From the NCBI RefSeq assembly GCF_009914755.1, contig NC_060937.1: a stretch of 64,000 nt of DNA, one strand, 5' to 3'. Source of the stretch: the human T2T-CHM13v2.0 reference genome, Homo sapiens. Shown piece by piece: positions 1 through 13,137 of the stretch; positions within the stretch are counted from its first letter, which is position 1; every line of letters starts with the position of its first letter. Position numbers and translations under genes: made by a program. The notes under the pieces were generated by a model that searched no databases, was not told the origin of the DNA, and was given only the letters and a program-made list of their open reading frames with translations.

Positions 1-390
1 ATAAGAACACGAAGTGCAATTCTGATAAGATCTCAGACAGAAATGAGACATGTATTATTGGAAACTGGAGGAAAGGTGATCATTGTTAAAAATTGTTAAA
101 GAGTTTGTCTGAACTGTGTTCTAGTGTTTCGTGAAAGGTAGAACTTGTGAGCAACAAAATTGAGTATCTAGCTGAGGTGGCTTCTTAGCAAATTGTTAAA
201 GGAATAGTTTGGTTCCTCTTGATCTCTTATAGTAAAATGTGAAAGAAAAGAGATGAACTGAGGAAAAAATTGTTAAGCAAAAAGGAACCAGAACATAAAG
301 ATTTGGAAAATTCTCAGCCTATTCATACTTCAAAAAATGAGAACATTCATTCTTAAGAGAATACTAAGGATATGGTTGAACATGCATTTG
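1..390 (+). mobile_element. ERVL-MaLR internal region (MLT1A-int-like), left part, truncated by window start
   Basis: Resembles recalled MLT-int consensus (gtattattggaaactggaggaaaggtgatc; aaaaaggaaccagaacataaagatttggaaaattctcagcct). Homology stops near 390 and resumes at ~3551. Confidence 0.7.
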
Positions 391-1042
391 TCTTTTTCTG
401 ATATCATATTCCATTTTTATGTGATCTGGTAGAAGAGGCAGGGCTATTATTCCCTACAACATTAAACCACTAGGATAAAGCCAGAGCTTCTCTTTCAATA
501 CTATGTTTATTAATTGCAACTAATGCCCAAGCAGCAGATCTCAGATGTTGGAGTATAGTAGGTTTGACACTATTATTATTTATCATTCTAATGTCTTGTG
601 GGTTTTTCATCCCTTCTCATACCGTTTCACTTTGAACTAAAGGTAATCTAAAAGAAGTTGCATAATTTTTCTTAGTACTTCTTTATTTAAAAGGAGCTTC
701 AGGTTGCTACAGTTACTGTGCTTACTCTTCCACCACAACTCACAAAAAGAGTAGTATCATGTTAACATATCACTAACATCTGTACTCCAGTATATTCAAA
801 GTGGTTGTTTTGTCTTTTGGTTACATTTAATAACAACAACAGTTTGAATGTAGATCAATGTCTTATTTTCTTAAATATTATTACTGTTTCTGAGGACACT
901 GAAAAATCTTATATTTATATGAATCCTTTTAAAGACTTACGAATATGTATCAGTGAGGCTTTCTTCACATAATTCTTGGGCTCAACTATAATAATCAACT
1001 AAGTGCTTTGAAGATGTATTGTTATTGTGGTCTGTGTATGTG

Positions 1043-3192
1043 TTTTTATTTTTTCCCCTTCCAAATTTATTTTAGGTTCAGGGGTTTTGTTACATGGGTA
1101 AATTGCATGCCACCGGGGTTTGGTGTACAAACTATTTCATCACCCAGGTAATGAACATAGTATATGTCGTAGGTAGTTTTCTGATCCTCACCAACCTCCT
1201 CCCACCCTCCATCCTCAAGTGGGACCCAGTGTCTATTTTTCCCTTCTTTGTGTCCATGTGTACTCAATGTTTAGCTTCTACTTATAAGTGAGAATATGCA
1301 GTATTTGGTTTTCTTTTCCTGCATTAATTTACTTAGGATAATGGCTTCTAGCTCCAAGTGTGTTGCTGCAAAGGGCATAATTTTGTTTGTTTCTATAGCC
1401 GTGTAATATTCCATGGTGTGTATGCACCATATTTTCTTTATCTAGTCCACCATTGATGGGCATCTAGATTGATTCCATATCTTCACTATTATGAAAAGCA
1501 TTGCAATGAACATATGCATGCATGTGTCTTTATAGTAGAATGATTTATATTCCTTTGAATATGTATCTAGTAATGGGATTGCTGGGTCAAATCATAGTTC
1601 TGTTTTAAGTTCTTTGAGAAGCTTCCCAACTGCTTTCAAAAGTGGCTGAACTAATCTACATTCCCGACAACAGTGTAGCAGCATTCCCTCTTCTCTGAAA
1701 CCTCACCAGATTTTGTTATTTTTTGACTTTTTATAATAGCGATTCTGACTGGTATCTTATTGTGGTTTTAACCTGCATTTCCCTAATGATGAGTGATATT
1801 AAGCATTTTTTCACATGCTTGTTGGACACTTATATGTCTTCTTTTGAGGATTATCTGTTCATGTCCTTTGCCCATTTTTAATGTTTTTATCCTTGGTGAT
1901 TTGCTTAAGTTCTTCATAGATTTTGGATATTAGGCCTTTGTCAGATGCATAGTTTGCAAATATTTTCTCTAATTCTGTAGATTGTTTACTCTGTCAATAG
2001 TTTCTTTTGCTGTGTAGAAGCTCTTTAATTTAATTAGATCCCACTTGTCAATTTTTGCTTTAGTTTCAAGTGCTTTTGGTGTCTTCGTCATGAAATCTTT
2101 GCCAGTTCCTATGTCCAGAATAGTATTTCTTAGGTTATCTTCTAGAGTTTTTATAGTTTTAAGTTTTACATTTAAGTCTCTAATCTATCTTGAGTTTATT
2201 TTTGTATGTAGTGAAAGGAAGGGGTCCAGTTTTAATCTTCTGCATATGGTTAGCCGGTTATCCCAGCACCATTTATTGTATAGGGAGTAATTTCCCCATT
2301 GCTTGTTATTTTCGACTTTGTCAAAAATCAAATGGCTGTAGGTGCATGGCTTTCTTTCTGGGCTCTCTAACCTGTTCCATTGGTCTGTGCCTCTGTTTTT
2401 GTACCATTACCAGTACCATGCTATTTTGGTTACTGTAGGATTTTAGTATAGTTTGAAGTTGGGTAGTATGATAACTCCAGCTTTGTTCTTTTTTCTTAGG
2501 ATTCCTTTGGTTATTTGGGCCTTTTTTGGTTCCATATGAATCTTAGAATAGTTTTGTTCTAATTCTGTGTAAAATGATGTTGGTAGTTTGATAGTAATAG
2601 TACTGAATCTGTAAATTTGCATTGGGAACTATGGCCACTTTAGTAATATTAATTCTTCCTGCTCATGAGCATGGAATTTTTTTCCATTTGTTTGCATCAT
2701 CTCTGATTTCTTTCATCACTGTTTTGTAATTCTCGTTGTAGAGAACTTTCACCTCCCTGGTTAGCTGTATTTCTAAGTATTTTATTCTTTTTTGTTGCTA
2801 TTGTGAATGGGATTTCATTCTTTGTTTGATTCTCAGCTCGTACTTTACTGGTGTATAGAAATGATACTGATTTTTATATATTGATTTTGTATCCTGAAAC
2901 TGGTGAATTTGTTTGTCAACTCTATGAGCCTTTGGGCAGGGACTATGGGGTTTTCTAGGTATAGAATTATATTATCTGCAAACAGAAATAGTTTGATTTT
3001 CTCTCTTCCTATTTAAATGCCTTTGATTTCTTTCTCTTGCCTGATTGCTGTGGCTAGGACTTCAAGTACTATATTCAACAGAAGTGGTGAGAGTGGGCAT
3101 CCTTTTCTTGCTTCATTCTCAAGTGGAATAGTTCTAGCTTTTCCCATTCAGTATGAGTAAGATAGAACACTGTTACTGAGATATGTTCCCTC
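1043..3192 (-). mobile_element. LINE-1 (L1PA14-16-like) 3' portion: 3'UTR plus ORF2 from the RT region to the C-terminus
   Basis: T-rich tail remnant at 1043-1066 and L1 3'UTR antisense (gttacatgggtaaattgcatg...catcacccaggtaatgaacatag). ORF2 antisense motifs continue to ~3192 (cccattcagtatga, gagagtgggcatcc). Confidence 0.9.
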
Positions 3193-3194
3193 AG

Positions 3195-3550
3195 ATGAAA
3201 CATACTTTAAATCAACCGTGAACAAAAAGGACAAACAAGGGCATTACCTAATGATAAAAGGTTCAATTAAACAAGAAGACTCAACTATCCTAAATATATA
3301 TGCACCCAACACTGGAACACCCAGAGCCATAAAACAAGTTTTCAGAAACCTACAAAGTTGCTTAGATAACCACACAATAAGAGTGGAAGACTTCAACACC
3401 TCACTAACAGTAATTGACAGATCATTGAGGCAGAAAACCAGCAAAAGTATTCAGGATCTAAACTTGACTCTTGATCAAATAGACCTAACAGACATCTACA
3501 GGACCCTCCACCCAATAAAAACAGAATATGCCATTCTTTTCGTCTGAGCA
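3195..3550 (+). mobile_element. Inverted LINE-1 ORF2 endonuclease-domain fragment
   Basis: ORF 3218-3547 translates to GHYLMIKGSIKQEDSTILNIYAPNTG...EDFNTSLTVIDRS...[11 protein letters not shown], matching L1 ORF2p EN. Its orientation is opposite to the adjacent L1 piece. Confidence 0.9.
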
Positions 3551-4029
3551 TGAACCTTGATTTGAAAAAGAGATCAGCCATGCTACTCATGGGCTCAGCC
3601 ATCTCAATAGAAGACAGGAATAAACATGGAATTATGTCAGTTAAACACTGCCAACTTGAACTAAAGGGGACAGAGAATGTTAGATGAGATAAAAGATAGC
3701 TGCTGGACTTGGATTCTATAGCACCAGACCATAGAACTCCTCAGATATGAACATGCCTGTCTCAACCATTACATTTTGGAAGAACATAACATGTCTGGTT
3801 TCACCAATTCACAGCTGGAGAGAAATTTTGCTTCAGGATAAATCTTTACATCGATATTAACACATACCTGCAAATTAAGATAATATTTAGTTGAGCCTTC
3901 AGACCTTAGATTTTAGAGTTGATGCTGGAATGAATTAAGACTAAGACTTCTGGGGCTGTTGAGATAGCCTCACATGATGTATTTTGTATATAAGAAGCAT
4001 GCAGATTTATTTGAAGGCCAAGGATGGAG
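3551..4029 (+). mobile_element. ERVL-MaLR internal region (MLT1A-int-like), right part
   Basis: Continues the MLT-int homology (cagccatctcaatagaagacaggaata; tttagagttgatgctggaatgaattaagact) and runs directly into an MLT1A-type LTR. Confidence 0.7.
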
Positions 4030-4369
4030 TGTTATAGACTGAATGTTTATTTTCCCCCAAAATTCAAATGGTGACACCCACAGGTGTAATCTTTGAGAAG
4101 TCATGAGTGTGAGCCTTCAGGATGGGATTAGAGCCCTTACAAGAAGAGACACCAGAGAGCTTGCACTCTCTCACATCATCACAGAGGTCATGTGAGGACA
4201 CAGTGAGAAGACAGCCACATGCAACACAAAGAGACAGCCCTCACCAGAAACCAAATTACATGGACCTCGATTATGAACTTCTAGCCCCAGAACTGTAAGG
4301 AAGTGAATTTTCATTTAAGTCACTTAGTTTATGGTATTTTTGTTATGGTAGCTTAAGCTGACTAAAACA
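4030..4369 (+). mobile_element. MLT1A-type MaLR LTR (3' LTR)
   Basis: Starts tgttatagactgaatg, contains catgtgaggacacagtgagaag and ccctcaccagaaacc, ends gctgactaaaaca. Confidence 0.85.
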
Positions 4370-5734
4370 GATAGTCAAGACAGGATTCCTATTCTTAAAT
4401 GCTTAGAATATATTGGCATGCTGTGACACATACAGAAAGTATCTAGAGAGTAATATATAAGAGTTAACACACAGATTTGAATTGAGAGAGATAGAAAGAA
4501 AAAACAGTGGTATGAATGCATGAGGCTGAAAAAAGCTTATTCTGTCTACTGAGCTAGAAGGTTTAAATGCTTCAAGATAAGTGGAAGATTCGTGCTGGAA
4601 TTATTTGCAATTACTAATATCATGGGAATAATATAGTTTGAAATATATTAATGTACTTTTCTTATTTATACTTCCTTGTATTAGGCTGTCCCTTGATTCA
4701 GCCAGATATATCCATTGCCTCAGGAAGGATTTAGGCAGAAATGTTAGGGCTAGAAAACAAAGATAATTTTTTTACTATTCAAGTTTGGACTACAAATGAA
4801 GGGTTTTCTCCCTGTGGTGAGAAAGTACGCCAGGATTCACTAACAGAAAAAGATTTTTCTGAATTCCAGAAATTTCCCCCTTTTATTTCCAGAGGCAACC
4901 CAAGGAGACTTCGATCACAGAGTTTGCTTTAAGCTATAGTATAGAAAGCGTATGACCAATGCCAAGCTATTAATAATAGAAATGAGAAGCATGTGGCAAA
5001 GAGGATAATAGAAACTAGATGAGGAGTGGGGAAGGAAGAGGTGCACCAGAAGAGGACGGACTAGAGTGAGGTGACTCCTGAGTCCCTTGTGTGTAACTAG
5101 AATCTACACTCCTAGGTCTCAGCCACAAGATAATATAAATCTGGTCAAATCCCAGATTATTCTCTCTTTTGCTTCCAATGTTGCCCAAGAGGAATAGAGA
5201 GAGCAAGAGCATAGAGAAAGGGATGTCTAGATAGACCCACCTGTAAAAGGATCATAAGCCACCAAGGCTTGCACAGAGTTTGCAAGCTACCCAAGGGTTC
5301 TCATGTGCATGGCTTTGAGAATAGAGTAGGGGGTTTAGGGAGGTTTCAAGAGGACCAGGGACCAGCAGAGAGCCTAAGTGGCACATGTGTGAGACTGTGG
5401 GCCTTAGCAGCAGGTCAAGCAAAGTGCCTACCAAGACTAGGTAAGATTAATTGCTATGTGGGCTGATATCAGGACAGGGAAGGCAGGGTTCATACTGGAT
5501 CTATACATTAGTAGGCATCAGTGCAAGCTTCTCACAATAAAAGTGGACCAAACTCATGGTAGGGGAGAATAGTCAAGACTCAAACCAAAGCTACATCACT
5601 ATGAGGTGTCACAATTTCCCCAGTACCAATGTTATGGGTAAAGATATAATGAAGAGAAAACCCTGGTGAGAAGGGGTGAATGGCTCTCATGGGGATTTTA
5701 AGTTTCAAATTGGTAGATGATGTAACCATTAGAT

Positions 5735-5901
5735 CAGAGGTTATCAACTTTGGTTGCACATTGGATTCACCTGGGAAGCATTTAAAATTCCTTAAAGCTA
5801 AGGCCAATTAACTTACAATCTCCGAAGTTGGCATCCTGGCATTCTTACCTTTGAGAATTCTTCATATGATTAAAAAGTATAGCCAGATTCTAGAACCACT
5901 G
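5735..5901. mobile_element. MER5-type hAT-Charlie MITE
   Basis: Degenerate terminal inverted repeats (TIRs) cagaggttatcaactttggttgcacattggattcacctgg ... tagaaccactg. Confidence 0.7.
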
Positions 5902-6139
5902 CAACAAGAAAAAAGAAACTTGAAGAATACTTTTAAATTGGATGTTATCTTTAATTGACCAGCTTAGTTTACTATATTTTCCCCTCATTAATGAAATTCT
6001 TAGATATTCCAGAGCAGGATGATATTACTTATAAGGAAAAAAGACAGTTTTCAAAACAATATTTATATCTGTATTGAAATATTTTCAGCTCTGTTCTACA
6101 CAATAATAATAAGAACTAATATACACTTTCAATTTGCAG

Positions 6140-6335
6140 GATGTTTGTCTAAGTGTTTTGTCCATATTTTCCTTTAATACTTATGACAATTTAGGAATAC
6201 TAAATTGTAAATGCTATTAATAATCCTCCTTTATATCAGAAAACTGGCACAAAGAGGTTAAGGAACTTTCTAGTTTCACCTAGAGCAAGTATTCACACAG
6301 AAACAGGCTGCCTTCAAAGCTAGTTCTTTACCTCT
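6140..6335 (-). mobile_element. MIR fragment
   Basis: MIR core-like antisense (tattaataatcctcctttatatcagaaaactggcacaaagaggttaaggaact). Confidence 0.55.
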
Positions 6336-6459
6336 GCAGTGGCTTCCTGGCATCACTCAAACATTGCCTTTCCTCTCCCAAGGCCCCTGCTGCATGGTGG
6401 AAAGATGCTTTACCCTCAATTTATAAAAAGGTCTTACAATTTTCACAAATGTTGCATGG

Positions 6460-6784
<325 letters not shown>

Positions 6785-6813
6785 AAAATCAAAATGTATT
6801 TCTAATAACTTTC

Positions 6814-7177
6814 TGATATGGTTTGGCTGTGTCCCTACCCAAATCTCATCTTGAATTTTAGTTCTCATAATCCCCACATGCTGCAGGAGGAACTTGGTGG
6901 GAGGTAATTGTGGGAGCCCCACACTGTTATCATGATAGTGAGTGAGTTCTCATGAGATCTGATGGTTTTATAAGGGGTTTTCCCCCTTTTGCTCAGCACT
7001 TCTCCTTGCTGCCGCCACGTGAAGAAGAATGTGTTTGCTTCCCCTTCTGCTGTGACTGTAAGTTTCCTGAGGCCCCCCAAGCCATGCTGAACTATGAGTC
7101 AATTAAATCTCTTTCCTTTGAAAATTACCTAGTCTTTGGGTATGTCTTTATTAGCAGTGTGAAAACAGACTAATACT
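6814..7177 (+). mobile_element. THE1 solo LTR (THE1B/C-like)
   Basis: tgatatggtttggctgtgtccc start and gaaaacagactaatac end. 5-bp flanks ctttc/cttgc match at 4 of 5 positions. Confidence 0.92.
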
Positions 7178-7476
7178 CTTGCCTTTGGTTATAACAACAT
7201 CTAAAAGTTGGTCCAGGTTCTGGAACAAACTTTTGCATACCCTGTTCTGGTCATCAATTTTATTTTTGCTAATATTTTCCCTTTTTTCTGAATGTTTCTC
7301 ACTATTCTTAGCCTGTTGACTTTACCTTTAATAGGACACTCAATTCAAACACTACCTCTTTCTTGAAGCCTTTTCTAATTCTTCTAAGGTTATATCTCTT
7401 TGCTGTGTTGAATCTCACAACAAACTCTGCTCCATTTTCCTTTACCACATTCCAAAACCAGCCCATATTATGGAAC

Positions 7477-7813
7477 CAATCGTGTGCTGCATAATGATGA
7501 TTTGGTCAATGACTGATTGCATATGCAACAGTAGTCCTATAAGATTATAATATCATACTTTCACTGTGTCTTTTCTATATTTACATACACAGTACCTACC
7601 ATTGTGTTACAGTTGCCAACAGTATTTAGTACAGTAATATGCTGTACAGGTTTGTAGCCTAAAAGCAATAGGCTATACCATTCAGGCTAGTTGTGTAGGA
7701 GGCTATACCATCCAGATGTGTATAAGTGCATTCTATGATGTTCACACAAGGACAAAATCGCCTAAAGAGGCATTTCTCAGAATGTATTTCTGTCATTAAG
7801 TGACTCATGACAA
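7477..7813 (-). mobile_element. Tigger3/MER7A-type TcMar MITE
   Basis: Matches the reverse complement of the recalled Tigger3a consensus (ctgtacaggtttgtagccta; aggctatacca twice; gcatttctcagaatgtat...ttaagtgactcatgac). Confidence 0.85.
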
Positions 7814-8403
7814 CATATAATATTACCTATTACAACATATCTCCCCATTTCTTTTTCTAAGTTCTTCTAGTATCTGTTCCTTTGGGCAAGAACTGTCTTA
7901 TTTACCACTGTATGTCTTGAATTATTAGCACATCATTTTCTTCATGCTCAAAACCATGCATTTTAATAGAATTTCATGCAAATTGTCACAACTCAAATCT
8001 AACATATACATAGGAAAATGGTTCCCCTCAAAATCAATACATTCTACAAATATAAAGAAAATAAAGAGTTTCAAGTAGAATATATTGAATAGTAACCTCT
8101 AAATAGAAAAAGTATAAGGCAAATAAGTGAAAGTATTTCTATTTTCATTTCTAGAATAATTGAGGTATCTACAGTTATTTAAAACTTGTGTATCTCTCAA
8201 ACTAACATGGCTAAGACTATTTGTTTAAAGCTGCCATTTGGGAAAAGACAATTTTACTTTAAGTTGCTTGTCCTTCCATATTCTCATGACTTGTTCTTTT
8301 GGATTTCACATTCATCACTGTAGAATTTTACAAGTGGATAAATACATCTGAAAAAAACTTAGTGATAAATAGAAGTATTTGTTTTTAAAAAATTAAAGGG
8401 TAG

Positions 8404-8702
8404 GGCCAGGCGTGGTGGCTCACGCCTGTAATCCCAGCACTTTGAGAGGCCAAGGTGGGCAGATCACGAAGTCAGGAGATGGAGACCATCTTGGCTAACA
8501 CGGTGAAACCCCGTGTCTACTAAAAAATACAAAAAAATTAGCCGGGCTTGGTGGCGGGTGCCTGTAGTCCCAGCTACTTGGGAGGCCGAGGCAGGAGAAT
8601 GGTGTGAACCTGGTGGGGCAGAGGTGGCAGTGAGCCAAGATTGCACCACTGGACTCTAGCCTGGGCGACAGAGCAAGACTCCTTCTCAAAAAAAAAAAAA
8701 AA
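8404..8702 (+). mobile_element. AluY (CpG-decayed), full length
   Basis: Diagnostic ggctaacacggtg and gagaatggtgtgaacc, with poly-A. Flanking aaaaaattaaag repeat is a partial TSD. Confidence 0.95.
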
Positions 8703-10964
8703 TTAAAGTTTGTATCTTTAACTTAACTGTTATTTTACTTACTACTGGCATAGATTTGTTTGTCCACGAAATTTTTGTATCAGCTTTGCTTTGGGCACAA
8801 ATACTACACCTTGTGATTTCTAAATACCCTGTTACCCAAGCGGTGGGATCCAATTATTCCCTTTTGATTTTACGTTTTCTGGTTCTTTGCTACCTTAAAC
8901 AAGTAACAAGAAAGAATACATTTTTATTTTCTTTTACTTTACCTTTACCTGTGGCTTTTGAAATTAATGTGAAAAAGATATCAGGCTTAACAGTAATTTC
9001 TCTGGCTGTTGTGCTTTTTAAATGGATAAAGTTATATTGAACCAATTGGCACTGAACTGGCTGGGAAAGAACACATTTCAAATGTAATATTTACATGAAC
9101 TGACAACTATCTAGTAAAAAGACATATCGAAGGTTGCAATTAGAAGAAACAAAATTTTCTTTATGCCTTATGGTACAGGCCAAAAATAAATTATTTTCAA
9201 TTCTGCAAATATCCACAACACTTTAAACATTTTTAATCTTCCTCCAAATTCTTCTTGTACTACTGATGTGGGTTTCAGAGATAACTATGCTAAAAAGAAG
9301 TTTGAGACATATTTGCCAACTCTCTGAGGAGGACGAGGACTCAGTGGTATATTTTGAATTCTAGTTCAATTACTTTATGATAAGAGATTTTCTTTATTCA
9401 CAAATGAATGCTGCTAGTTGAAGGTAGAGTTCAGCTGTTTATATACGAACATGCAGCAATTATGATGAAACAAACTCATTCTAAAACTCCGTCGTAACTA
9501 TGGAAACCAGAATTAAATGAATTCTATTAGAAATACAAAAAGCCACCCCAGCAGGATAGAGTAAATATTATCTCTTATTGATTTATGAAGGTTCCAGATG
9601 ATGAAAAGTGGTTAATATATTTCTGTCATGAAACACATTTGTTAGGGTTTCTTTTTATTGATAGAGCCATTGTCTATTTAAATAATGTCAGCCAGATATC
9701 ATTAATTTTTACATCTTTTTTCAGTCACTTTGCCTTCATTACAAGAAGCTATCAGCTTTTCTATTATATTCTGTATTTTATTTTGGGGTAACAAGGAGAG
9801 CTTGACTAAAGAACCATTTCTGATTATGTTTGGCTAAAATATGGATTGACCAAAGAATGTTAGTATAAATGGGCTGCACATTTATTTTGAGGGAGAATTA
9901 GTTGATTTTAATATTTAATACACTAGCATTTGGACAAAACTGTACAATTCACTTGGCTTCAGGTGGCTGGTGCTTGTAGTGGGATTTGTTGAAAACAGGA
10001 AAATTAAACTTTTGGTAATTTGTTCTTAAAGTGGACTAATTTAAAATTCGATTCAAGTAATAATGCGAGGCTAAAATGAAAGAGCATTATGTAGCAAGAT
10101 TAGAGTTGTTAATGTCCCAGAAGGTTTGGTGTGCAGGTGTCAGTGCAGCTCTCTGCATGTAAAATGCCAGCATGTACTGTACCCACTTCTACCCTTTCCG
10201 TAAAATCAACTCAACACTTTGCATCTTGATTAAAATGAAAAGGTCACTCTGACTTTTCTCCTTCAAAATATTGACAGTAGTCCTGAGAACTGAGTATCTA
10301 CAAACCAGGATGAAGAAGATAAGACATACACTAGGCATTGGCCTTGGAATCTTTAGATCTTTGGGTTTCATCATATGCATTTCCTCATGACTGTTTCTGA
10401 TTACTTTATGTCTCAGTGGAAATGCTGTTGCAGTGAGTTAGGAAATGTGTTTTTCTAAGACGACCATTCTTAGTCACAGAAACAAAACAGAAAAGTATGA
10501 AAGATCAAGGGCTTCAAAATCCTTAAATAATTTCCTGTTCTCGTGTTTCCTTACACTCCAAAAATATGGAATTGTTAGGTTAAATTTTGTGCATTATATA
10601 TTGTAAGAATTGAGGTTTATTTAGGTTGTATATTCGCAGTTTTATTTCGGGCTAGTTTTGTCCTGTAATTCTACATATGAAAATTTCCGAAATAAACTAT
10701 AGTCAACCCAAGCTCTTGCCTAAGAAAGTAAGTAATAGAAGAACCATAGGCTTGCCTTGCTGTGGTTCAGGTGTGTTGTTTCTTGAAAGTCTCCGTGTTT
10801 TACCAGGGCCTGGGTCCAGTGTTGAAGTAGCCTCCTAAATGCCATTGCAATCTTACCCTTTTTGCCTGCAGCTCTGAGGATCCTGAAGCTTCAAGGTTTT
10901 ATAGGCATTTTTATTACATCTCACAGCATTCCCATGTCAGGTTGACAGTCTGCTTTGAATAACA

Positions 10965-11145
10965 ACATATGAGAATTGGAGGGGATTTCAGGGATCACCT
11001 CATCTAAGCGGCTCATTTTGCAGATAAGAAATTTAGACTCAGAAGAGTGAAGTGAATTGCTCAGGGTCACACAGCTCATTAACAACACAGCTGGAATAAG
11101 ACCTTGGTTTCCCAACTTCTAATCCAGGGCTCTTTCCATTGTACT
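10965..11145 (-). mobile_element. MIR (well preserved)
   Basis: ctcattttgcagataagaaatttagactcagaagagtgaagtgaattgctcagggtcacacagct...ccagggctctttcca is the antisense MIR core. Confidence 0.85.
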
Positions 11146-12286
11146 GCACAACCTCATGTTTTCTCTTATGTCTGAAGGAAGGCACTTTCAGCTCTTCCTT
11201 AACATATAAAGCCACAGACAGAAGGTAGGATTAGCCATTCTCAACCGAATGCTCCATCCATTACTGCCCATTATACATCTTCTCAGTTCTAAAGGAAAAA
11301 AAAATAGCCTGAACATTCTGCTTTTATATTCATTATCTACTCTGTGCTGTTAGTTGCTTCGTTTTTTGGTATTGCTTTTACTGATTAACTTGGTCTCTGC
11401 GATATAAAATGGTGAAAGGCATTATCCTGGGTAAATGTGATGTTATTAATGTGTTTTATTCTAGTTATGGGTCATTATTTCCGATAGATGTAATCGTCCC
11501 AGCGCTGAGACCTAGCAGGTGGTCTCACTAGAAGTTATAACGGTTTTCTTAATGGTCTGATAAGAATGTCATTTGCAGGGCAGCAAGGGCAGAGAGAAAT
11601 TGGTCCCAGAGCTAGCTTGCTTCTGCACTCATTCCCAAGCTTGAGCAAGCAAAAGTAAATACATATTTTGTTACCAATCAGCTGGGTATTTTTTTCTGCC
11701 AATTCATTTTCGGTAAAAGTGATGAAGACCCATGTATATTTATTTTCTATTTACAGCCTGCCCCGCAATAATACTGCTAATGACCCTACAATGCTTTGCT
11801 TTTCTAATTCTTAGAGGAAACAGTCCTTATTGACTCCTGAGAGGAACCAACATTCATTCAAGCAATGAGATATGATGAAATCCAGTTGACCAGGCAAAAC
11901 ATAGAGCCTACTTGGGATGGAGAAATCAACAGAGAATTTTTCCATTAGAGGTAGCTCATTGGTGAGAATGTATGATATCACTATGATGGGAGAAATGGAA
12001 ATTGTGTATTTAAATGTTTGTATTCATACTTTAGTATAGGTAAGAGGCATGCACACCAGAAATTATTACATGGTTAAGATGATGATGTATATTTTGATTG
12101 TTCTTTCAAATTTTTCCTTGCACAGAGCATAACCACAATTTATTTAATGTATGATTAAAATCATTAATACTCTGATGAAACAAACTATCTAAATTGAGAA
12201 AAGTGTTTTCCTATATTAAGAATATTTCTTGCACATATCCTAATTCTTGGTCTACTTAAGCCATGCACGTCTCTCTCTCTATGTCA

Positions 12287-12347
<61 letters not shown>

Positions 12348-12366
12348 AGAAAGAGAGAGAGAGAGA
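12287..12366. repeat. Compound microsatellite (CT)12(GT)17(GA)n
   Basis: Read directly from the sequence. Confidence 0.97.
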
Positions 12367-12482
12367 AGGAGGTAGACTGTCCATGGGCATATGTCCTGAG
12401 CCTTCGTTAATTTAATTAGTATAGCTGCCATAAATCTCTAAGTTAGTAATTTATATACTTCACTGATTCTTCATTGCTATTG

Positions 12483-13121
12483 TCATATTTCATCAGTTCT
12501 AAGATGAATGTGTTTTCCCTCATATTTAACTCCTCTGAAATCAAGAACATTTTCCAGCTAATGGTGTCTGGGGACAGTTTTGCCATGATTGTCATTGCCT
12601 ATCCATATTTGAATGTATTGGCATAACTGAAAAAGTGTAACTCCTTGACATGTTAATCAACACATCATTTAAGAACTATTTGAAAAAGGAATGTGAGATT
12701 GCTATTCTGAAACTCTTCTAAGAATGCACCAATATGAAATCTTGAATAATGTATACAAATAGCTTGGAGAAAATCCTGAAAAAAATAGCAGAATGCTCTT
12801 TTAGGAAGTGCTGCATCCATGTTCTTGGCTGAGTAAAAAATGTAGTTTGGAAGAATTGATTTCTGAATACCAAGAAGTTTTGCAAAACCTTTAAATATTT
12901 ATTTAATTTATACTTCCCTTTTCAATGTATAAACAAGAACACTACATGGAGGGAGGAAAGCCAAACCTAATGTGTTTTTAAATGCTCTTTCAATACATTT
13001 AAAACAAAAATCTCAAAGGACAGTAAAATGTAGTTTACTTGGCATTTATTTTATTATTTGTGGTAGGTAAATAATAATACATCGTATAAATCAATGGCAT
13101 TTTAGATTCAATAAAATATAG
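12483..13121. mobile_element. TcMar-Tc2 (Kanga/MER104-like) DNA transposon fossil
   Basis: Degenerate TIRs: tcatatttcatcagttctaagatg (left) and cattttagattcaataaaatatag (right). Subterminal tttaactcctctgaaatc resembles the recalled MER104/Kanga consensus. Confidence 0.65.
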
Positions 13122-13137
13122 CCTTTAGTCATCATAT

